Positions 57,815 through 64,000 of a DNA stretch of 64,000 nucleotides are shown one piece after another. Below the pieces are notes generated by a model. The model made no database searches. It worked only from the letters and a program-made list of their open reading frames with translations, and was not told the origin of the DNA. Origin of the DNA: Pantanalinema sp. (GTDB lineage: Bacteria; Cyanobacteriota; Sericytochromatia; S15B-MN24; UBA4093); assembly GCA_036704125.1 (NCBI GenBank), contig DATNQI010000069.1, positions 6,170 to 70,169 on the forward strand, read 5' to 3'. The position numbers and the translations under genes were made by a program. Within the stretch, counting starts at the first letter, position 1, and each line of letters begins with the position of its first letter.

Positions 57815-58489
57815 CTATCGTCCGACCCCTGTGCCCGCGCGTGCCACGATGGCCGCGACCACCTCGTCGGCGCTCAGGCCGTCGCTGTCGAGCAGGATGG
57901 CGTCCTCGGCGGGCTTGAGCGGGGAGTGCTCGCGCGTCGAGTCGAGGGAGTCGCGGCGCGAAATCTCGAGCTCGAGCGCCGTGACGTCCACCACGTGCCC
58001 GGCGCGCTCCAGGTCCCTGGCCCGGCGGCGCGCCCGCTCGGCAGGGCTTGCGACCAGGAAGATCTTGAGGTCAGCCCAGGGAAAGACCACCGTCCCGATG
58101 TCGCGCCCCTCGGCGACGACCCCGCCGGCACGGCCGATGGCCTGCTGCAGGGCGACCAGCTCCCTGCGCACGCCCGCCACCTTGGCCACCTCCGAGACGC
58201 GCCGGGTGACCTCGGGGGTGCGGATCGCCTCGGTCACGTCCTCGTCGTCGATGGCGACCCGATCGCCCTCGGCCCCCGGCGTGAAGGCGATCGCGCACCG
58301 CTTGGCCAGCTCGGTGAGGGCGGCCTCGTCGCCGAGGTCCAGGCCCGTGGCCAAGGCCTTCCAGGTGAGTGCCCGGTACATGGCACCGGTGTCCAGGAAG
58401 ACCAGGCCGAGCTGCTGGGCCACGCGGCGCGCGACCGTGCTCTTGCCGGCACCCGCGGGGCCGTCGATGGCGATTACCAGGCGGTTCAT
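57815..58489 (-). CDS. cmk: Cytidylate kinase
   Basis: 'IAIDGPAGAGKSTVARRVAQQLGLVFLDTGAMYRALT'. Confidence 0.9.
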   Translation of the reverse strand: MNRLVIAIDGPAGAGKSTVARRVAQQLGLVFLDTGAMYRALTWKALATGLDLGDEAALTELAKRCAIAFTPGAEGDRVAIDDEDVTEAIRTPEVTRRVSEVAKVAGVRRELVALQQAIGRAGGVVAEGRDIGTVVFPWADLKIFLVASPAERARRRARDLERAGHVVDVTALELEISRRDSLDSTREHSPLKPAEDAILLDSDGLSADEVVAAIVARAGTGVGR

Positions 58490-58502
58490 CTAGAGACTCT
58501 CC

Positions 58503-59372
58503 TTAAAGGGGAAGGGCGCAGAGGGCGGCGTCGGGGCCGTGGGGATCCAGGATGACGTTGTCGATCAGGCGCGTGCTCCCCAGCTGGGCTGCCACCAGGG
58601 CCACCGTGCCGGGCCCCGCGGCGGTCGCGGGCCCGAGGTGCTCGGCGTCCACCGCCGAAAGGTACTGGAGCGAAAGGCGTGGCTCGGCCTCGAGGTAGGC
58701 GCGCGCCTGAGCGAGGGCCTCGGCGAGCGGGTGATCCGCAACGCGGCGCAAGAGAAGGCCGAGCGAGCGCGAGAGGCGAAGGGCCGCCACCCGGTCCTCG
58801 GCGCTCAGGTAGGTGTTGCGGCTGCTCATGGCCAGCCCGTCGGCTTCTCGCACGATCGCACCGCGCACGATCTCGGTGGGGAAGGCCAGATCCCGGGCCA
58901 TCCGGCTGAGGACGCGCCACTGCTGGAAGTCCTTCTGGCCGAAGTAGGCCCGCTCGGGATTTACCAGATTCAGCAGCTTGGCCACGACCGTGGCGACGCC
59001 CGCGAAGTGGCCCGGACGCAAGGCCCCGCAGAGCACCCCGGTCAGCTCGGGCGCAACCGAGACCTCGGTGGCGAAGCCCGGCGGGTACATCTCCGCGACC
59101 GAGGGCGCGAAGAGCACGTCCACCCCGACCGCCTCGCACATGGCGCGATCCCGCGCGAAATCGCGCGGGTAGCGCGCGAGGTCCTCCCGGGGACCGAACT
59201 GCTTGGGGTTGACGAAGATCGAGGCGACCACGACCCCGCACTCGCGCCGGGCCTGGCGCATGAGGCTCATGTGGCCCTCGTGGAGAAAGCCCATGGTGGG
59301 AACGAAGCCGATGCCTCCTGCCGGGGCGCGAAGCGCCGCGCGCAACGCCGCGCCGGTTTCGACGATAAGCAA
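58503..59372 (-). CDS. panC: Pantoate--beta-alanine ligase
   Basis: 'GFVPTMGFLHEGHMSLMRQAR', 'FVNPKQF', 'FGQKDFQQ', 'LAMSSRNTYL'. Confidence 0.9.
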   Translation of the reverse strand: MLIVETGAALRAALRAPAGGIGFVPTMGFLHEGHMSLMRQARRECGVVVASIFVNPKQFGPREDLARYPRDFARDRAMCEAVGVDVLFAPSVAEMYPPGFATEVSVAPELTGVLCGALRPGHFAGVATVVAKLLNLVNPERAYFGQKDFQQWRVLSRMARDLAFPTEIVRGAIVREADGLAMSSRNTYLSAEDRVAALRLSRSLGLLLRRVADHPLAEALAQARAYLEAEPRLSLQYLSAVDAEHLGPATAAGPGTVALVAAQLGSTRLIDNVILDPHGPDAALCALPL

Positions 59373-59593
59373 GCCGCAAGTCCTTTCAGTCAGAGCAAAG
59401 CCGCGTCAATTCTATCACCCCCGCCGCCAGGCGACCATAAGAGCCGGCTGGCGGGGGTGATGCCACCGCCAAACCCTTTCGCCGCCCCGGCCATTCGCGG
59501 CAGCGATCGCCCCTCGTAGGATCGGCCCTGTGCGAGGGGTCGGTGGTGCGTGGTAAGCCGGCCAAGCAAAGCATCTGAGGAGCGACGCGTGCG

Positions 59594-59956
59594 ATGAGCG
59601 TGAGTGACTTCGATCTGCTGGGGTGCCCGGTGAGCGACTACGCCACCGGCAAGCTGCTCGGCCGCGTCAAGTGCGTGGTGCGCGAGGCCCCGAGCGCGGG
59701 CATCGCGAGGATCGCGCTCGAGTGCGCGAGCGAGGCCCAGGGCGCCGCGTGGGAGGAGCCGCTCGACGTGACGCTCCACCACGAGCCGCGCTCGCAGCAC
59801 GACTACATGGTCGGGCAGTACGCGACGGTCAACCTCGCCGACGGTGACGGCCGCCCCATCGTCCAGGCGGGCGGCCTGATCACCCCGCAGGTGCTGGATC
59901 GCGCCCGCCGGGCGGGGCTGCTGCACCGCCTCGGCGCGACCTTCGCCAAGGATTAG
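59594..59956 (+). CDS. Hypothetical protein, 120 aa
   Basis: ORF only; no recognisable motifs. 4-nt overlap with the convergent permease gene end. Confidence 0.3.
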   Translation: MSVSDFDLLGCPVSDYATGKLLGRVKCVVREAPSAGIARIALECASEAQGAAWEEPLDVTLHHEPRSQHDYMVGQYATVNLADGDGRPIVQAGGLITPQVLDRARRAGLLHRLGATFAKD

Positions 59957-61386
59957 GCCTTCTTGCCCAGGATGCTGTGGCGGAAGCCGTAGGAGAAGTA
60001 GCAGACCAGGCCGATGGTGAGCCAGATGCCGAAGCGGGTCCAGGTCTCGTGCGGCAGCTTGATCATCATGTAGCCGCACGACAGCACCGCCCCCACGGCG
60101 ATTACCGGCAGCATGGGCGCGCGGAAGCCGCGCTTCCACTCGGGGTGCTTGACGCGCAGCACCCAGACCCCGATCGCCGCCATGATGAAGGCGAAGAGGG
60201 TCCCGATGTTGGCGAGCTCCGCCACCATCGAGATGGGGGTGAAGGCCGCCAGGGTCGCGATCGCCACCCCGGTCAGGATGGTGGTGACGTAGGGGGTGCC
60301 GAAGCGGGGGTGGACCTTGGCGAAGACCTTGGGAAGCAGGCCGTCGCGGGCCATGGCGAAGAAGATGCGGGGCTGCCCCATCATCAGCACGACCAGCACC
60401 GAGGTGATGCCCGTGACCGCCCCCACCGAGAGGAGGGCGGCCGCCCAGCCCTTGTTGACGTACTCGAGGGCGAAGGCCAGAGGCGCCGGGTCGTTGAGCA
60501 GCTTGGGGTAGAGCGACTGCGGAATGACGCCGGTGAAGATGGCGGCGATGACGATGTAGAACACGGTGCAGACGCCGAGCGAGGCGATCAGGCCGATCGG
60601 CAGGTCTCTCTGGGGGTTCTTGACCTCCTCGGAGACCGTCGAGATGGCGTCGAAGCCGATGTAGGCGAAGAAGATGGTCGCCGCCCCGGTCATGACCCCG
60701 TTGAAGCCCTTGGGCATGAAGGGGGTCCAGTTGCCCGGGTTGACGTGGCCGAGCATCAGGGCGATGAACAGCAACAGCACCAGCACCTTGAGGAAGACGA
60801 AGAAGGTGCTGACGTTGGCGCTCTCCTTGATCCCGCGGATCAAGAGCGCCATGACCGCCAGGGCGATCACGAAGGCCGGCACGTTCATCAGGGCTCCCGG
60901 GACCACGCCCGGGGCGTTGACGAAGGCCGCCGGCAGCTCGAGGCCGACGTTGTGGAGGATCTTGACGAAGTACCCTGACCACCCGATGGCGACCGCGCTG
61001 GAGGCCACCACGTACTCGAGGATCAAGGCCCAGCCGATGAGCCAGCCGAAGATCTCGCCGAACGCCGAGTAGGCGTAGGTGTAGGCGCTGCCAGAGGCCG
61101 GGATCATCGAGGCGAGCTCGGCGTAGGCGAGGGCCGCGAAGGCGCAGGCGATGCCCGCGATGATGAACGAGAGGATGATGCCGGGGCCGGCCCAGCGGGC
61201 CGCCGCGGTGCCGGTGATGACGAAGATGCCGGTCCCGATGATCGCCCCGATGCCGAGGGCGGTCAAATCGAGGGCGCCGAGCACCCGCTTGAGGCCGGAG
61301 TCGTGGAACTGGCCGACGGGCTTACGAACGAGTAACCGCCTCAGGATGGAGGGGGGGAGGCGGTCTTCGGTGTGGGTCACGCTCAA
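59953..61386 (-). CDS. APC-superfamily amino acid permease (cationic amino acid transporter-like), ~12 TM
   Basis: 'LGALDLTALGIGAIIGTGIFVITG', 'SGSAYTYAYSAFGE', 12 hydrophobic segments. Confidence 0.85.
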   Translation of the reverse strand: MSVTHTEDRLPPSILRRLLVRKPVGQFHDSGLKRVLGALDLTALGIGAIIGTGIFVITGTAAARWAGPGIILSFIIAGIACAFAALAYAELASMIPASGSAYTYAYSAFGEIFGWLIGWALILEYVVASSAVAIGWSGYFVKILHNVGLELPAAFVNAPGVVPGALMNVPAFVIALAVMALLIRGIKESANVSTFFVFLKVLVLLLFIALMLGHVNPGNWTPFMPKGFNGVMTGAATIFFAYIGFDAISTVSEEVKNPQRDLPIGLIASLGVCTVFYIVIAAIFTGVIPQSLYPKLLNDPAPLAFALEYVNKGWAAALLSVGAVTGITSVLVVLMMGQPRIFFAMARDGLLPKVFAKVHPRFGTPYVTTILTGVAIATLAAFTPISMVAELANIGTLFAFIMAAIGVWVLRVKHPEWKRGFRAPMLPVIAVGAVLSCGYMMIKLPHETWTRFGIWLTIGLVCYFSYGFRHSILGKKA

Positions 61387-61623
61387 TCACTTCTCCTCGT
61401 CGACGAGACGTTGGCGCCCCACGTGGACGCCGGCGGTCCAGGCTATCACAAGAGCGCCCGCGGCGCGAGATTCCTGCCACTATAGCAAAGCGATCGAAAT
61501 CGCATCAAGACGTTCGAGCGGGATCAGGGCAAACCGATGCGAAAAGGATGGCCATCCCGCCGATGCCGCGACACCACCGCCCCCCTAGAATCGAAGCAAG
61601 CGAGACTTGACAGGGGGTGCGCC

Positions 61624-62064
61624 ATGCCGCGAACCATCCACCTCACGCCCGGGCGCCGGAGGCTCAACGCCGTTCTGGCGCGCGCGGCCCTGGCCGGCGC
61701 CCTCTGCGGCGCGCTCGCCCCGGCCGCCACGGCCGCCCAGGCGAGCGGGTGGATCGAGCCGCCGCCGGTGGTCGCCTTCAGCGCCCTCGCGCGCGCCCAG
61801 AGCGACCTGGACATCCTCCAGGCCGCCATCGAGGCCTACCGAGGCCAGCACTTCTTCCGGTACCCCGAGGCCTCGACCCTCGTCGAGCTGGTGCGGCTGC
61901 TGGATGCGCGGCGGCTGCTGCCCCCGGGCTTTTCCCCCACCCTCGAACTGAGCGAGTTCCGGGCGGATCGCAAGGGCTACAGGATCAGCGCCCGGGTGGA
62001 CGCCGAGGTCCTCACCATCCAGACCCCCGAGCGCTTCGACCCCTTCTGGTCGTTTCTCTGGTGA
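61624..62064 (+). CDS. Secreted hypothetical protein (signal peptide, ~146 aa)
   Basis: 'MPRTIHLTPGRRRLNAVLARAALAGALCGALAPAATAAQA' signal. Start chosen at internal ATG with a plausible signal peptide; the track ORF begins at 61537. Confidence 0.4.
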   Translation: MPRTIHLTPGRRRLNAVLARAALAGALCGALAPAATAAQASGWIEPPPVVAFSALARAQSDLDILQAAIEAYRGQHFFRYPEASTLVELVRLLDARRLLPPGFSPTLELSEFRADRKGYRISARVDAEVLTIQTPERFDPFWSFLW

Positions 62065-62913
62065 CTAGAGCAGGCTGGTGATGCGGGCGCGCAGCTTGCG
62101 CATGCACTCCTGGCCCTGGTCGAAGCCGACCATGCGCGAGATGGCCATGCCCAGGCGATCCGAGAGGTCGACCATCTGGCCGAAGGTCACGTCCTCGAGG
62201 TCGGCGAGGCCCATCTCCCGGCAGGCCGAATCGACCAGGTTGTTGGCGACCTCGTAGCCCACGTACTCCATGACGATCAAGGAGAAGGAGTCGAAGCGGG
62301 TCCGCTGGATGGGAGCCGAGGCCAGGTCGGGGCCGTGGTCGGCGCTGTGGGCGACGGCCGCCCCCGTGTAGAGCAGGCTCTTGAGGGCGCCGCAGGTCTC
62401 CATCTCGCCGAGGCGCGACTCCGCGAAGAACTGGGCGAGCGTGAAGGAGCGCGGCAGCTTGCGCATCCAGTGGGGGATCCACTCGGGAGGGTCCTGGCGG
62501 TCCCACGTGAAGGCGTCCAGGGCGTCCTGGGTGTAGGAGACCGCGGTGGTCAGATCCGCGATGAGCCCCTTGTAGTGGTGGCACTCGTCCATGCGGCGCA
62601 TGCCCTCGAGCAGGACCCAGTCCACCTGGCGCGAGATGTTGTGCTCGGGGATCTCGTCGGGGGCGCACTCGACGACCTTGAAGGTGCCGACCTTCCACCA
62701 GCAGATGATCCGGAACATGGCGTCCTCGCCGCGCAGGGCGTTGACCGCCGCGTACTTGAGGTTGCCGCCGACGAAGTACATCTCGGCGGCCTGGCCGATC
62801 TCGACCCGCGACAGCTCGAGCTTCGCCGTCTTCTGCTCCAGCTTGATGAGCTGCACCAGGTTGGGGAAGCTGATAGAGGCGATATTGCCTTCCAGCAACG
62901 TGAGGTTCGCCAA
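62065..62913 (-). CDS. DUF4388 (PATAN-like) domain protein with uncharacterised C-terminal domain
   Basis: N-terminus 'LEGNIASISFPNLVQLIKLEQKTAKLELSRVEIGQAAEMYFVGGNLKYAAV' fits the DUF4388/PATAN pattern (L-G-L-x-F-S-L-x-LLQ-L...G-x-L...G-I-x-F...G-x-I-x-A). Confidence 0.5.
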   Translation of the reverse strand: MANLTLLEGNIASISFPNLVQLIKLEQKTAKLELSRVEIGQAAEMYFVGGNLKYAAVNALRGEDAMFRIICWWKVGTFKVVECAPDEIPEHNISRQVDWVLLEGMRRMDECHHYKGLIADLTTAVSYTQDALDAFTWDRQDPPEWIPHWMRKLPRSFTLAQFFAESRLGEMETCGALKSLLYTGAAVAHSADHGPDLASAPIQRTRFDSFSLIVMEYVGYEVANNLVDSACREMGLADLEDVTFGQMVDLSDRLGMAISRMVGFDQGQECMRKLRARITSLL

Positions 62914-62976
62914 GAGTCGTTCCCTTTCCGCATCTGTTCAGAGGTGAGCCGCCCCATTATACCTCAAGAGCGACCG

Positions 62977-64000
62977 TCACTCGCCGGCGACCGCCTGCCG
63001 CCTGCGCCCACGGAGGGCCGCGACGAAGGGCACCCGCAGCGCGACCAACAGCCCCACGTAGCTCGCCAGGCCGAGCACCCCCAGGAGGGCCAGCTGCAAG
63101 AGCGCCCCCAGCTGGCCCTCGCCGGGCAGCACGACGCGCGCGATCGCCGTGACGGAAGTGGCCACGATCGCCGAGGCCAGGGCCTTGAGGGCGGTCGGGA
63201 CGCTGGGCGAGAGGCCCAGCCGGCCGAGATCCTTGCGCAAGAGGCCGCCCAGGATCAGCATGTTCAGGACGGTCACGAGGGTCGTGGAGAGGGCGAGCCC
63301 CTTGATGCCGAAGCGGACGAAGTAGGAGTTCAGCAGGAAGTTGGTGCCGATGGAGACGAGGGTCACCATGAGCGGGACGCGGCTCTTGTTCTGGGCGTAG
63401 AACACCCGGGTGAACAGGTCGCGCGTGGCGTAGGCCACGATCGACAGGGCCACGATCGACAGCACGGTCGCGGTGGCGGCCGTGTCCCGGGCGCTGAACG
63501 CCCCGCGCTCGAAGGCCAGCCGCACCGCGCTCTCGCCCAGCACGACGAGCAGGCCCGTCATGGGAAGGGTCGTCAGCACGATGGTCTGGAGGCCCTTGTT
63601 GAGCCAGCCGTGCAGGCTCGCGCGATCGCCCGAAGCCGCCGCCTCGGTCAGCTTGGGGAACATGGGCACCAGCAGGGCCGTGAGCATGATCCCGAGCGGC
63701 AGCTGGATGAGCAGGTTGGAGTAGTTGAAGACGCTGATGGCCCCCGAGCCGACCTTCGAGCAGAAGGCCGTGCCGATGGCCACGTTGATCGAGCCCACCG
63801 AGCTCGAGAGGGCCGCAGGCAGGAGCATGCGCAGCATGTCGACGAAGGCCGGGTGGGTCAGCGGCGCCGGGCGCAGGGGCGCGCCCTCGGCGATCTCGCG
63901 CCAGTCGCGCACGACGGGCCACGCCTGCAAGAGGAGCTGGCCGACGGCCCCGGCGAGAGTCCCCCATGCGATCGCGAGCGGCGAGGAGGTCGCGAACACC
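62977..64000 (-). CDS. murJ: Lipid II flippase MurJ/MviN, 3'-portion only (gene continues beyond window end)
   Basis: Polytopic membrane 'VGSINVAIGTAFCSKVGSGAISVFNYSNLLIQLPLGIM...ARDTAATATVLSIVALSIVAYA...FYAQNKSRVPLMVTLVSIGTNFLLN'. ORF open to the last base of the window. Confidence 0.8.
   Translation of the reverse strand, partial: VFATSSPLAIAWGTLAGAVGQLLLQAWPVVRDWREIAEGAPLRPAPLTHPAFVDMLRMLLPAALSSSVGSINVAIGTAFCSKVGSGAISVFNYSNLLIQLPLGIMLTALLVPMFPKLTEAAASGDRASLHGWLNKGLQTIVLTTLPMTGLLVVLGESAVRLAFERGAFSARDTAATATVLSIVALSIVAYATRDLFTRVFYAQNKSRVPLMVTLVSIGTNFLLNSYFVRFGIKGLALSTTLVTVLNMLILGGLLRKDLGRLGLSPSVPTALKALASAIVATSVTAIARVVLPGEGQLGALLQLALLGVLGLASYVGLLVALRVPFVAALRGRRRQAVAGE

Noticed and set aside
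1-64000. Mobile elements, prophage, integrases, toxin-antitoxin or defence islands
   Set aside because: No transposase, integrase, phage structural, restriction or abortive-infection signatures recognised. The window is core housekeeping plus motility.

Overview
This 64-kb window is visibly very GC-rich bacterial chromosome, so every frame carries long spurious ORFs. It is dominated by a Bacillus/Clostridium/spirochaete-style fla/che super-operon, about 36 kb, almost all on the minus strand. On the minus strand, reading from high to low coordinates: flgB-flgC-fliE-fliF-fliG-fliH-fliI-fliJ-fliK-flgD-flgE, then a second FliK-like protein and an FlhB-C-terminal-like protein, then flbD-motA-motB-fliL-fliM-fliY-fliO-fliP-fliQ-fliR-flhB, a Cache-type MCP, cheW, a 610-aa protein with no recognisable domain, cheX-cheY-cheA-cheR-cheB. 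A plus-strand insert follows (HAMP-type MCP and an outer-membrane beta-barrel protein). Then, again on the minus strand: flhA, a PilZ/YcgR-like protein, a small membrane protein, sigD/fliA, a 54-aa ORF and a DUF3326-like protein. Many junctions overlap by 1-4 nt (ATGA/TGATG), indicating translational coupling. The 5' third carries housekeeping and cell-wall genes: a partial multi-TM GAF-PAS sensor histidine kinase, an EF-G paralog, HU, a YebC N-terminal remnant with ATG mutated to ATC, GerMN protein plus AMIN-AmiC amidase, rluD, RNase E/G with a long 5' leader, ruvCAB and ilvE. An NHL-repeat lipoprotein and a papain-like C1 lipoprotein peptidase follow, each with its own hairpin terminator. 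The 3' end carries cmk, panC, an APC permease, a DUF4388/PATAN-like protein and partial murJ. No tRNA, rRNA, CRISPR array or mobile element was seen. Gene content suggests a flagellated diderm, possibly a non-photosynthetic relative of cyanobacteria (OM porin, AMIN-AmiC, GerMN, DUF3326-like, adjacent panC-cmk), but that is inference. The most interesting candidates are the uncharacterised 610-aa protein inside the che cluster, the extra FliK-like/FlhB-CTD-like pair inside the flagellar operon, near-identical inverted MCP signalling-domain repeats bracketing the che block, the sigD-coupled 54-aa ORF plus DUF3326 pair, and an EF-G paralog with an altered switch-II catalytic motif.
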